From a virus (lineage: Duplodnaviria; Caudoviricetes): a stretch of DNA of 41,004 nucleotides. Positions within the stretch are counted from its first letter, which is position 1, and each line of letters opens with the position of its first letter. The notes beneath the pieces are model-generated. The model was not told the origin of the DNA and ran no database searches. It was given only the letters and a program-made list of their open reading frames with translations. This document shows positions 19,301-27,951 of this stretch, in pieces. The stretch covers positions 1 to 41,004 of IMG/VR virus record IMGVR_UViG_3300033067_002145. One strand, 5' to 3'. The position numbers were made by a program, and so were the translations under genes.

Positions 19301-19672
19301 GCCAGGCTGTCCGACCTGATGGGGTCCCACGGCTCCGCCAAACGGAAAGACCTGCTGTTGGCTATGGAAGCCCGGGAATCGATCGACCGTGCCGTTAAAG
19401 AGCACGGTATGACGCGAGAGGAGCTCCGGGACGCCGGCTGGATCGATAGCGAGCTGGCGCAGGCCGGGGCTCTTGGCGAACTGGAGTCTTCTCCTGGCGG
19501 CGACGCCATCACCGATGTCGAGCGGGCCTTGGCGAGCTTTGGCTCCGACAAGCCTAAAGCTGCCCAGCAGGCGAAGCCCAAGATTGAAATGACTGGGACG
19601 TTAACGATCAAGGATGATGGCACAGCCAGTATTGCGGCTGAAGGTATTACCGACATGGGAGGGATGGCGTGA
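16316..19672 (+). CDS. Tail tape measure protein
   Basis: 1118 aa, Ala/Gly/Met/Gln-rich, largely helical, no Cys, charged coiled-coil C-terminal third; lies between the chaperones and baseplate genes. Confidence 0.75.
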   Translation: MMPGAEQFFSYTAQQGTMIPGHSLVDGADYGLGPLGNPLASMAASAMMGQVGLSPSQFFPMYNLADLTRADMLRTRQQAAVTKAMATTDVNNWLDTTGGAMRMLGLPFGLDQRSAFRQTYAAATPILSVLAQMAPELVDSLHGSRGSAAILASNLFQGGQYRLDASGSLGLGAESIQGLQRTITDQLYSSPTRISAMRGVGMGQLGAIFDESARRGYLPGSIGARSRDAQVAALAGSGMKMEDIQALDEAQFGEKLRNFDAKRVAGRLKEMAGAVSAMRELFGSQGQANAPMSQIINALEAITQNRLASMSATQVEALVRKTKAVAENTGMGIDGLLHLTAQSAAMGDGLGMDRQLAMRIGLSSASYGAGYRNAFGSSFTAFGAASPDEVVARDVKLRTQAAMSEQARFGGAFLRSMDALGVDENTQAGRLAKALRSGATTFEGQSMFRVLTQSNLTKIMQGSGVNAAGVQAFTTALGDEFGNQEYIEKHGLEKMVRKLQGEELASNAGRIAGEGAVQQALVAAGVPQEQAAKQARAVGGGLLRTMFDSENPELLSTAAGRRQMIEQELAKTMGAAQARKLAPSVALSFEARMNAQAKFYGYGDFTKMLQSQNRMAIEQGEFAEKTAEVDAEVAKAMSPLGKAGPVQRIIDLVQAGNSDEDIMKTMGKALGGVDLAGVRELSDAHERYRQLATKPKKTAADLEEMQVLRRKIRSQVGNIVTGASPELRAFMKDADEGKSRDELEATHKDKLRGLGVDNLLSLRRARERAEELEGRPRTAEEELELEAHRKTIDTVEKQITDSGLADSVGRQVSDADMARAAGGFRKLEEAMADKDMDATKRERIIDREARHGLARANNIVQALYVDPASLRKLGVGGVRKLKSVEGQYTQVLRLVNGDTELLKKALAGDPSVPESVRKQVQAMMGQLGADMAELEEALAGEGSPMTPEQAAAEKEELDKLYAERNASDEDQKKSLLERLAKVSGLDLADMSDEEKARLSDLMGSHGSAKRKDLLLAMEARESIDRAVKEHGMTREELRDAGWIDSELAQAGALGELESSPGGDAITDVERALASFGSDKPKAAQQAKPKIEMTGTLTIKDDGTASIAAEGITDMGGMA

Positions 19673-20142
19673 CAACTTTGTTTCTCAGCAATCCCGGGCA
19701 AGTGGTGGCCTTCCAGAACAACGGTCTGCTACCCATGGCCGTGTTTATGGAGGGTTGGCCAGGTTACCCCCAGATAAATGCCATCATCACACAGGTGAAT
19801 TCGCAATCGTCTGGAATCTACCAGCACCTGCACAGCATGCAGGATTTCATCCATACCTACATCTTCGGCGAAGGTATGGGTCAGCTGCTGATCGGTGGAC
19901 TGGCCTTCTCTGAGTCCTGTTACGGCGGGGCTACCGGACTGGAGCAGATCGCCGCCTACTACAACAACTATCGGATCTCCAACAGCGGTAGGCTGCTGAC
20001 AATCCAGATCGGAATCACCGGGGCTGCGAGGCTGCGCGCCTTCCTGGTCGGCAGTCAAGTAAGTATTGTCGATACCGACCACCAGTTGTGCCAGTTCGGG
20101 CTGCAGCTGAACGTAATCCCACCGGAGGCCACTCGTCGATGA
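19669..20142 (+). CDS. Putative tail tube initiator (tube-fold) protein
   Basis: 157 aa after the tape measure gene; beta-strand pattern ('HTYIFGEGMGQLLIGGLAF') resembling tube-like baseplate proteins. Confidence 0.5.
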   Translation: MTTLFLSNPGQVVAFQNNGLLPMAVFMEGWPGYPQINAIITQVNSQSSGIYQHLHSMQDFIHTYIFGEGMGQLLIGGLAFSESCYGGATGLEQIAAYYNNYRISNSGRLLTIQIGITGAARLRAFLVGSQVSIVDTDHQLCQFGLQLNVIPPEATRR

Positions 20143-20903
20143 TCAACCACATTCGAACACTGCTGTTGAACAGAGACCCGGAAGCTATCGACACGTCTGC
20201 GATCGGACACGAGTTTGTACCTCCCGAGTTCCGGGCGGTTCCTCTACCCCAAGGGCTGTTAAGCATCCGAACAGTCCTTTTCGGGAGCCGCCCGGACTCT
20301 TTTGGAATGAACTACCGGCTGAGGCAGTTCATGCCATTCCTACACTCCGCCAATGCCGAACAGCACACTCTCAAGCCCGACAAGCGGACGACCTATCTAA
20401 ACTCGTCGGTGGACTTTTTCCAGATCACCTACGGGGTCACCACGATTCCGAAGCTGGGGACTCCTCTGGTGTCTGTCGGCAGCAGCGGCGAATTCAGATT
20501 CTCTGACACCAACACGCTGGAACAACGCTGGCGTGGCTCGGTGGTTTCGGCACCCTCCGGTACGAGTGAAAACGGGGTCGTGGAACTTGTGGCAGGTGTC
20601 TCGGACCCGGTACCGCTACCGGGTATGAAACCACTCTACCTGAAGTTGATGTCTGGAAACGCAGGCGACACCTTCGAGATACTGCTGCGGCAGCGACCGG
20701 CTGTCGACCTGGCTGCGTTACCTGCACAGCTGGCCCCGGTACTTACCCCGGAGGTCCAGCAAGCCCTGTTCGGACTGCCGCCCTATGAGACACCCTTCCG
20801 CCAGGTTCAACTCTGGTCCGCACTGCCTCAGCTGCAGTTTCAGTTGGCTGGCGTCTTACTGGCACTAGCGTACCGCACCGACAAACTCCGACGGGGTGAA
20901 TAA
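20139..20903 (+). CDS. Hypothetical baseplate-region protein
   Basis: ATG 20139 overlaps the upstream TGA and follows ggagg; 254 aa, coupled at both ends. Confidence 0.55.
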   Translation: MINHIRTLLLNRDPEAIDTSAIGHEFVPPEFRAVPLPQGLLSIRTVLFGSRPDSFGMNYRLRQFMPFLHSANAEQHTLKPDKRTTYLNSSVDFFQITYGVTTIPKLGTPLVSVGSSGEFRFSDTNTLEQRWRGSVVSAPSGTSENGVVELVAGVSDPVPLPGMKPLYLKLMSGNAGDTFEILLRQRPAVDLAALPAQLAPVLTPEVQQALFGLPPYETPFRQVQLWSALPQLQFQLAGVLLALAYRTDKLRRGE

Positions 20904-22522
20904 TGGGCGGAACAGCTGCCATCAAGATCCGTGGGCGGCTCCTGGTGGGTCCTTACGAATTCGACGTCATCACTGCCGGAGTGGCCTTTGAGCTGAACAA
21001 CATCCCTACGGCCAGTTTTACTGTCGCTGTCGGACGGGCCGGCGGAAATCTGCGCCCCGGCAATCTGCATTATTTCGCAGACAGGCTGTCCCCGGAGATG
21101 CGGGTCCAGTTCCGGTGTCAACTGACCGTGCTGGACTCCTCCGTGCCGTACCGCGTCCCGACGGGAGAGTTCCGATTGTTTGATGGCTACCTCTCCGGCT
21201 TTTCCACAACGACTCAGCGTGGAGCCTTGGTCGCCGTGTTCCATGCCAAGCACTGGCTCCTGGACATGGACTACTCGTCCGCAGTCAGCGATTCCAGTCA
21301 TCCGACCAATCCGTCCCAGTTCAGTTTCAAAGCCTCGCATCAGCCCGCCGGGGCCGGTGGTACGAGCTGGACTCCGCTCACGGCCGTCGGACCGGTCAGC
21401 GACACAACACTGGCCACCGACTTCTGGGGTGAGGGCCTGCAGAAATGGTTCAAAGAGCTAACGGCCTTGGACATGATCAACAAGGACGAACTGGCATTCC
21501 TGGGCGGGGGCCCGACTAAAAACGACACGGCTAAGAAAGCCCTGGACCGGTTCACCACGGCCAGCGGTAACTATGTCAAGTTGGCGATGGATTTCAAACA
21601 GGCAGACGCAGCTTCGGTCGCAGCGGCGATCTGGAACGATATCCAGATGGATAGTTACGACTCGACACTGGCCAACACGACGCTGTGGGGCAAGCTGGTC
21701 AACGATTTCTCAAGTCGCTACATGTTTGCGATCGTACCACGCGTCGAAGATGCATTGATCATTCCCTATATTCCGGGGCTGAAGAAAACCTGGAAATATG
21801 GAATCGCCGGTACCGACTACGATCGAACCGGAGCCACGTCTGAGCTGCAGCGTCGACTTCGTGGTGTGGGTATCTTGTCGGGCGTCACATTCCGGACCGG
21901 GTCGAATCTCCGGGAGCCTGGACAATCGCCCAGCAAACTGGGCGTCGGTGGTTGGTACTCACCCGCCGGATCTGATCGCGGCACCGTACTGCTGCGACAA
22001 GGTCCGCGATGGCTGACCAACATTATCGCCTCGGACCGGTACGCGGAATTTTCGGCCGGGGCGGGAGTACAGCCAATCGGCAATGCGTTGCACCCCGGGA
22101 CCAGGGCCGCCAGCAAGAGTACCAAGGCGCCGCCGCCACCACCCGAACAACTGAAAAAGGACAGCAAGAGGATCTTTGATGCGTTTGCACACGCGATGTA
22201 CACCTACGAGCAGCTGAGAACCCGGCAAATCGAGATCGGCGGCAAACTCCGCTTCGACATCGCCCCCGGATCGACAATCAACATTGCTCCGTCCTTTGAT
22301 AAGTTCATCCTGCCGGACGCCATGGCACAGCCGATGGTCGGTGACGTCACACGGGTGACGTATGTGCTCGACAGCCAGAAAGGTACGGCAATGACGAATT
22401 TCAACATTGCCCATGTCCGCACAGGTTACGAAAATTCGCGGGACGAGTTTTCACTGGACCGCCATCCGCTCTGGATGAACCCGTGGGCCGGCTGCGGGCT
22501 GCTTTCCGAATTCGACAAGTGA
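20903..22522 (+). CDS. Putative baseplate hub (gp27/gpD-like)
   Basis: 539 aa; 'NNIPTASFTV', 'LFDGYLSG' and C-terminal 'GKLRFDIAPGSTI...GDVTRVTY' match the hub-protein pattern. Confidence 0.6.
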   Translation: MGGTAAIKIRGRLLVGPYEFDVITAGVAFELNNIPTASFTVAVGRAGGNLRPGNLHYFADRLSPEMRVQFRCQLTVLDSSVPYRVPTGEFRLFDGYLSGFSTTTQRGALVAVFHAKHWLLDMDYSSAVSDSSHPTNPSQFSFKASHQPAGAGGTSWTPLTAVGPVSDTTLATDFWGEGLQKWFKELTALDMINKDELAFLGGGPTKNDTAKKALDRFTTASGNYVKLAMDFKQADAASVAAAIWNDIQMDSYDSTLANTTLWGKLVNDFSSRYMFAIVPRVEDALIIPYIPGLKKTWKYGIAGTDYDRTGATSELQRRLRGVGILSGVTFRTGSNLREPGQSPSKLGVGGWYSPAGSDRGTVLLRQGPRWLTNIIASDRYAEFSAGAGVQPIGNALHPGTRAASKSTKAPPPPPEQLKKDSKRIFDAFAHAMYTYEQLRTRQIEIGGKLRFDIAPGSTINIAPSFDKFILPDAMAQPMVGDVTRVTYVLDSQKGTAMTNFNIAHVRTGYENSRDEFSLDRHPLWMNPWAGCGLLSEFDK

Positions 22523-22526
22523 GGTC

Positions 22527-23321
22527 ATGATGGCTGATTCCATATTCACCAGTATGTCCGGGACACCGCCGGTCAAGATCACCCCTCCTCGTAACCGGCT
22601 GGAGCCGGAGTACAACGACGCATATCAAGCTTGGAAGCTCGACCGGTCTCCAGCCAGTGCGTCGGCACTCATCTCCAGTGTGCAGCCGATTCTGACCCAA
22701 GCCTCCCGGCACTATGGCGACTCCCCCAACATCCGGACGAAGGCTAAGCATATTGCCCTGCAAGCGATGCACAGCTACGACCCTGCCAGGGCCAGCCTGC
22801 GGACGCACTTGATGACCCATCTGCAAGGTTTGCGGCGTTATGCCGGACAGCAGGAACTGCCGATCAAGGTTCCCGAGCGGGTCGTCCTGCAGCATAAAGC
22901 CATGCGAGACGCGTCGGAAGAGTTCCAGGACGAGTTCGGCTATGAACCCTCTGATGCCGAGTTGTCGGAACGGACAGGCCTGTCCCCGAAACGCTTGGTG
23001 GAGCTTCGAAAATGGCGACGACCTCTTTCTGAGGGGCGGATGACCGCCACCGAGGCCTACGGTGAAGAGGAGGAGCCGGCCGATCCGGCCATAACACAAG
23101 ACATCCCTGTCGATGTCCTGCATGAATTCATTTACAATGACCTGCACCCCCGCGATCAACTGATTATGGACTACGCCTTGGGCCGTAACGGGCGAGAACG
23201 GTTGCCAGCCAATCTGATTGCCCAGCGTGTCGGTGTCACCCCTGGATCGGTCAGTCAGCGGCTGGCCCACATCCAGCGTAAACTAGACACCGCCCAAGAC
23301 TTGAATCTGTTCGGAGAGTAA
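22527..23321 (+). CDS. Sigma-70-family RNA polymerase sigma factor (FliA/SigF-like, group 3 architecture)
   Basis: Region 2 'ALQAMHSYDPARASLRTHL', region 3 'IKVP...EFGYEPSDAELSERTGLS' and region 4 HTH 'LHPRDQLIM...IAQRVGVTPGSVSQ'. Confidence 0.85.
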   Translation: MMADSIFTSMSGTPPVKITPPRNRLEPEYNDAYQAWKLDRSPASASALISSVQPILTQASRHYGDSPNIRTKAKHIALQAMHSYDPARASLRTHLMTHLQGLRRYAGQQELPIKVPERVVLQHKAMRDASEEFQDEFGYEPSDAELSERTGLSPKRLVELRKWRRPLSEGRMTATEAYGEEEEPADPAITQDIPVDVLHEFIYNDLHPRDQLIMDYALGRNGRERLPANLIAQRVGVTPGSVSQRLAHIQRKLDTAQDLNLFGE

Positions 23322-23323
23322 CA

Positions 23324-23755
23324 ATGGCCGGCGGCGAAATCGACAGCACGTTTCGAGACCGGATTTCGGATCTGCGGGAGCAGTCCCAAGTCTTGGCCCA
23401 GGCCCGGCTGGGCGACGTACAGAGTCGCTGGATGACGCCTGCGAACTGGCGTGGAGATCCCCTGGATATACCCCAGCTGCATTTACCGGGATTCGACCGG
23501 AGCGGTGTCAACTCTACCTACTTGGACGTACACCGAGACTCAGGCGGTTCGGTAGGGGACGCCGGAGCCATGAAACTCCAGCTTGACTACCTGTCGATTA
23601 TGGAGCGGTCCTTTCGGTCTCGGCATGCCACTCCGATCCGGTGTTTGATGCATGCCGGGGCGAGGCACGCAGGGCACGCCCACTCTCAAGGTGTGTTTGC
23701 CACAGTGCTTAACACGGTACAAGATCTGATTCAGGCTGGGGGAGAGTCCCAATGA
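23324..23755 (+). CDS. Hypothetical protein
   Basis: 143 aa with a ggag RBS, tightly coupled to its neighbours. Confidence 0.5.
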   Translation: MAGGEIDSTFRDRISDLREQSQVLAQARLGDVQSRWMTPANWRGDPLDIPQLHLPGFDRSGVNSTYLDVHRDSGGSVGDAGAMKLQLDYLSIMERSFRSRHATPIRCLMHAGARHAGHAHSQGVFATVLNTVQDLIQAGGESQ

Positions 23756-24189
23756 CCACATACGACGTTGCCGTATTCCAAGTCCCTCCGAGTCCGGCTG
23801 TGCCGGATCTGCAACAGTTGTGGGGCGGCGACGGCGGTGGAAGGCTCCTGACCGGAATCCGAAAGCTGGCCCAGCGATTCCTGCTGGAGCTGCTCACGAT
23901 TCGCGGCACAATCCCATTTCATCCGACTCGCGGTTCGGACCTGCTGTCCTACGCTAAAACCGGACAGATCCGGAGTGAGGTCGACGCCCACGTCCTATTT
24001 CAATATGCTGTCGGTCAAGTCGAGGTTAATCTGCGTGCCGACGAGCTGACAACAGACGAATTGGACGAGCAGTACGCCTCGGTGAGCGTCGTGTCAGTGA
24101 CTTTCACGCCTATTAAACTCATATACCGGTTGACTTTAACGAGCCGTGCCGGAAACTCCCGGGTGGTGACACTACCGTTGGCCGTCTAA
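23752..24189 (+). CDS. Baseplate wedge / sheath initiator (gp25/gpW-like)
   Basis: 'GIRKLAQRFLLELLTIRGTIPFHPTRGSDL' matches the gp25 pattern; precedes baseplate J. Confidence 0.75.
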   Translation: MTTYDVAVFQVPPSPAVPDLQQLWGGDGGGRLLTGIRKLAQRFLLELLTIRGTIPFHPTRGSDLLSYAKTGQIRSEVDAHVLFQYAVGQVEVNLRADELTTDELDEQYASVSVVSVTFTPIKLIYRLTLTSRAGNSRVVTLPLAV

Positions 24190-24201
24190 TTTCCGGAAAT
24201 T
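24188..24201. promoter_or_regulatory. 14-bp palindrome AATTTCCGGAAATT, copy 3
   Basis: Overlaps the TAA stop at 24187-24189, upstream of baseplate J. Confidence 0.75.
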
Positions 24202-24221
24202 GAACTGCAGGAACACGGACG

Positions 24222-25829
24222 ATGACGATCCAAGTGACCCACTGGGACGAAGTGACGCAGGCCGATTTTGATCTGGCATTTGCGCAGCAGGTCCAGATTG
24301 TCAATGAGAAACACCCGGAGTTGGATACCCGGCGGGGTGCCATTCACGATATCAGCCTGACCCTGCAGGCGGTGTTGGCGGCGGCTCTGCGGATCTCGCA
24401 GCAACGGTTTATGGATTCCAGCAGCCTTTTGGCGATCTCGGAAAACCCCGAACTGGCCGATCCCGACACCGTTGCCAGACTGTTCTCCAGGTTCTTAGTC
24501 ACACCGCGGCCCGGCGCCCAAGCGGCTGGACTGATCACGGTGGTCGTCTCTCAGCCCACCCCGCTGGTTCTACCGGCCGGCACCGTTTTCACGGCCGAGT
24601 CGCAGTCGTACACCACCGACTACAGTGTGGCCGCCCGAGCCAATGTCTCGGATATCCTGTCCCCGACCGACAAACTGCTTGAACCTCAGGTCGACGGTAC
24701 GTACGCGTTCACCTTCAACGTGACGGCTGTTGTGCCTGGGTCGGCCGGGATCATCCGTCAAAAGACGGTAACGACCCCTGAGAAGCCCATCGCGAACTTC
24801 GTGACTGCTTATGCTGCACAAGACTTCACCGGCGGGCAGGATGCCGATACGACGACCACGATGCTGTCGCGGCTGCAGGGCGGTATTGCGGCCAAGACCT
24901 GGTCTAACTCAGCCAATCTGGCGGCACTCGTCAAATCGCATCCGCTGTTCACCGGCGCCCAAGTGTCCGTTGTAGGAGCCGGTGATCCGGAGATGCTGCG
25001 GGACAAGCATTCGGTGTTCCCTGTGGCCTTCGGCAACCGTGTGGATGTCTGGGTCAGGCAGCCTGGAGGTGCCCCTACGGCGACAATCGTCAAGGCGGCC
25101 ACCTACACCGGTCCCGGGGTTAACGGCCCGCTCTGGCGTATCCCGCTGACCCGCGACGAGCTGCCGGGGGCGTATGTCATCCTGAGTGTATTGCGGTCCG
25201 GCCGTGCCAATTCAGCGACCGTCGTGCCAACCCAGTTTGTACGAGAGTACACCCCATCCAATTCCGATCCAGACATCACCAGTGCACTTGAAGCCGGTTA
25301 CAGCCGGTATCAGTCCGGCTACTTGGTATTCACCGACGCATTCGAAGCGGGTGAGACCTTAGCCGTAGGAGCCACAGTCAACTACGCCGTTACCGGATCG
25401 CTCACCCCTGACTTGCCAGCGCTGCAGACATTTCTCGACTCGGCCGAACTGCGGCCTGTCGCTGGAGATGTGGTTGTCCGTGGAGCTGTGCCGTGTTTCC
25501 TGAGCGTCGACTTGCGATTCGACACCGCGATCTCGGACACGGTCCGGGCCAACATTCAGACGGCCGTGGCGAAATCTGTTAACAGTTTGGGATTCTCCGG
25601 TACGGTTTACGCCAGCTCTATTGCCGCCTTGGTATTGCCATTGATTCCCGCCGGTGTAAATCTACGAAGAATCCGCCTAACCGGTGTCCTGTTCCGACCC
25701 GACGGAACATACACAGTGTCACGCGATCGAGAGCTGCTGCAGATCCCTGATGAGCCGGGACGTATGGTCAGCAGCAAGACGGCTGCGTTCTACTTGGACC
25801 CATCCTCAGTTGCCGTGAATCAAGAGTAA
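24222..25829 (+). CDS. Baseplate J / gp6-like wedge protein
   Basis: 'HPELDTRRGAIHD', 'PRPGAQAAG...LPAGTVF', 'VTAVVPGSAG', 'FTGGQDADT' and 'GNRVDVWV' are hallmark baseplate J segments. Confidence 0.85.
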   Translation: MTIQVTHWDEVTQADFDLAFAQQVQIVNEKHPELDTRRGAIHDISLTLQAVLAAALRISQQRFMDSSSLLAISENPELADPDTVARLFSRFLVTPRPGAQAAGLITVVVSQPTPLVLPAGTVFTAESQSYTTDYSVAARANVSDILSPTDKLLEPQVDGTYAFTFNVTAVVPGSAGIIRQKTVTTPEKPIANFVTAYAAQDFTGGQDADTTTTMLSRLQGGIAAKTWSNSANLAALVKSHPLFTGAQVSVVGAGDPEMLRDKHSVFPVAFGNRVDVWVRQPGGAPTATIVKAATYTGPGVNGPLWRIPLTRDELPGAYVILSVLRSGRANSATVVPTQFVREYTPSNSDPDITSALEAGYSRYQSGYLVFTDAFEAGETLAVGATVNYAVTGSLTPDLPALQTFLDSAELRPVAGDVVVRGAVPCFLSVDLRFDTAISDTVRANIQTAVAKSVNSLGFSGTVYASSIAALVLPLIPAGVNLRRIRLTGVLFRPDGTYTVSRDRELLQIPDEPGRMVSSKTAAFYLDPSSVAVNQE

Positions 25830-27289
25830 TGACGAAAAGCCTGACGGACAGTGAGGGCCTGTTGCCACTCCTGGGTTCATTCTGGACCGAGGTGTACGAG
25901 GACCGTACGCAGGTCGAGTCGCTTTGTGAGGCTGTGGCCGAGGAGGCAAAGCAGCTGCAGGAAGACTTGGATACTGTCGATAAGGCCTTGTCTTTCAAGG
26001 AAATCAAACCGTATCGCAGAGAGCTGTGGTACCCGCTTCGGCTGGAAGAGTCCCAGCTTAACACAACCCCCGGTACGATACTCCGGTTCAACGAAGGGGC
26101 GACATTCGGAAACCAGTCTGACGGTTCAGCACACGCCTACGGAGCTCCGATCGCCCGGTACTATTCGTTTCCTGCACCCTCCAAGTTGCGTGGCTTCGGC
26201 TACATTGCAGCCCGGATAACACAATCCGCGGCCACTTTCATAAATGGCATCGACGTACTGCTGGATACGGACCGCGGACTGCTGCTCTTCAAAGAAAATC
26301 CTCTGCTCAACCCGGCCTTGGGGCGGCAAGTAATCTCCGATGGGATACAGACCAGCCAGTCCGTAACCGTCTGGCTCTCGGACGCACTGTTCGAGCATTC
26401 CGATGTCTACCGACAACATGGTTTTGTCTTCGGTATGCCATCGGAACAGGATAGTGCCGTAGCCAAGCCGGGCTTGGTTGCGATTTCCGACGCTGTGGTC
26501 GGCGGTTCATCGGCGTTGACGGCGGCCGAGTTGCTGGAGGCGGGGACTGGGATTCCGTTTGCACGCACGGCGCAGACCGTGCAGCACAGCTTTACAGACA
26601 GGACCGGCAAGGTACTGATCACCGACACGGACGTCTACCGGGTCGCCTCGGACGCCGTTGTTCCATGGGCCGTTGGCGACGTCATACCAGCCGGAGCGTT
26701 CATTTCGTCCGACGTGGCGGTGGCGGATTGTCGTCGTGGGACTTTTCCGTCCTGGTTGAAAGCCCTCGTACTGCACCGTGGACTGCGTCCAGCCGCTATC
26801 GATGGGGACATCACTTTCGCAGACGTACTGTCCGACTTGAAATCCAGTTACGTCACCGGCAATGAAGTCACGCGGTTCCCCCTCGGCGGGACCGATTCCG
26901 CGGTCGCCCAGTTTTTTGAGCTCTTGGACACACGCCTAGATGCCGCCGGACTCCGGTTGTCGGCCCTGACCGTGGCCTCCGGTGAGCCCGCAGGTAAAAT
27001 CAATCCGCTGCGGTTTCTCGTCAAGAACTGGTTGAGAAACAGCCTACTGCTGGTCCGGATTACCGGGTCTGCGCTTCGAGCTCCCGGGGCGGTGCATCTG
27101 GCCAAATTACGCGAGCTTATACCTCCCCACACAATTCTCGCGGTGCTGACTGATGTACAACCGGACCCCGCTCGGTTTACACTAGGCGGCTCTCCGAGAA
27201 TCAGCCGGTTTCGCGGCGTTGCCACGCAGCGGGCATCCTGCCAGATCGGGGTCGTCCGTGTTTCACTACGTTCTGTCATTCCGGGTTAA
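25829..27289 (+). CDS. Baseplate wedge subunit (gpI/gp7-like)
   Basis: Follows J; starts 'LLGSFW..VYED' and ends '..LRELIPPHT', similar to the gpI-type 'PAH' terminus. Confidence 0.55.
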   Translation: MTKSLTDSEGLLPLLGSFWTEVYEDRTQVESLCEAVAEEAKQLQEDLDTVDKALSFKEIKPYRRELWYPLRLEESQLNTTPGTILRFNEGATFGNQSDGSAHAYGAPIARYYSFPAPSKLRGFGYIAARITQSAATFINGIDVLLDTDRGLLLFKENPLLNPALGRQVISDGIQTSQSVTVWLSDALFEHSDVYRQHGFVFGMPSEQDSAVAKPGLVAISDAVVGGSSALTAAELLEAGTGIPFARTAQTVQHSFTDRTGKVLITDTDVYRVASDAVVPWAVGDVIPAGAFISSDVAVADCRRGTFPSWLKALVLHRGLRPAAIDGDITFADVLSDLKSSYVTGNEVTRFPLGGTDSAVAQFFELLDTRLDAAGLRLSALTVASGEPAGKINPLRFLVKNWLRNSLLLVRITGSALRAPGAVHLAKLRELIPPHTILAVLTDVQPDPARFTLGGSPRISRFRGVATQRASCQIGVVRVSLRSVIPG

Positions 27290-27292
27290 CGC

Positions 27293-27913
27293 ATGACAAA
27301 TTTCATAGTTCCTTCCAGCCGTGTCCGCCTGCACTCAATCCCTGCCGGGGTTATCAATCCGGCGGACTGGGCTCTCCACGCGGACACCCACAACCAAGCA
27401 CTCGGATGGTGGGGGTATGCGGCAGCACTGGCCCTCAGCCGGGGCGGTCCCGAATACCGCATCCGTAAGCTCTACATCGAATTCATGAACGTGGCCTCTT
27501 CCGGAGATTTAGTGCCGGTCCCGACAGTGACCCCACTGGACCCGGCCGAAGGGATCGATTACTACACGGCTTTGGCCTCGTCACCGTCGCACGACTATCT
27601 GCGGGTCAACCTTCTGACAACGCCTGAAATCGCGGTCGAATCCGGGTACGAGGACTATTTCCAAGTCGGACAGGGTAACCTACTCCGTCTGTACGCCCAA
27701 GCTGCTGACTCGGTCGGCCAGAATGGCAAGTCCTTTGACGCCGCGCATCTCAGCAAGGTCTACGGTACAGCTTTGGTGGTGTCCCCGGTTGAATCTGATC
27801 CCACTCAGGATATCGTTGTCGCCAGAGCCTATTTCTCCGGCGGCGAGCAGCAGTTGAAAGTCAACGGACTGCAGCTGGGTGTATCGTGGGAAGTCCCGTT
27901 CGTTCTCCCGTAA
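27293..27913 (+). CDS. Hypothetical baseplate / fibre-attachment protein
   Basis: 206 aa, beta-rich, ends 'VVARAYF...K....LGVSWEV' like fibre-collar proteins. Confidence 0.5.
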   Translation: MTNFIVPSSRVRLHSIPAGVINPADWALHADTHNQALGWWGYAAALALSRGGPEYRIRKLYIEFMNVASSGDLVPVPTVTPLDPAEGIDYYTALASSPSHDYLRVNLLTTPEIAVESGYEDYFQVGQGNLLRLYAQAADSVGQNGKSFDAAHLSKVYGTALVVSPVESDPTQDIVVARAYFSGGEQQLKVNGLQLGVSWEVPFVLP

Positions 27914-27951
27914 AGTAGTGCCTGAAATCGCTTAACCATGGATGGTGTACG

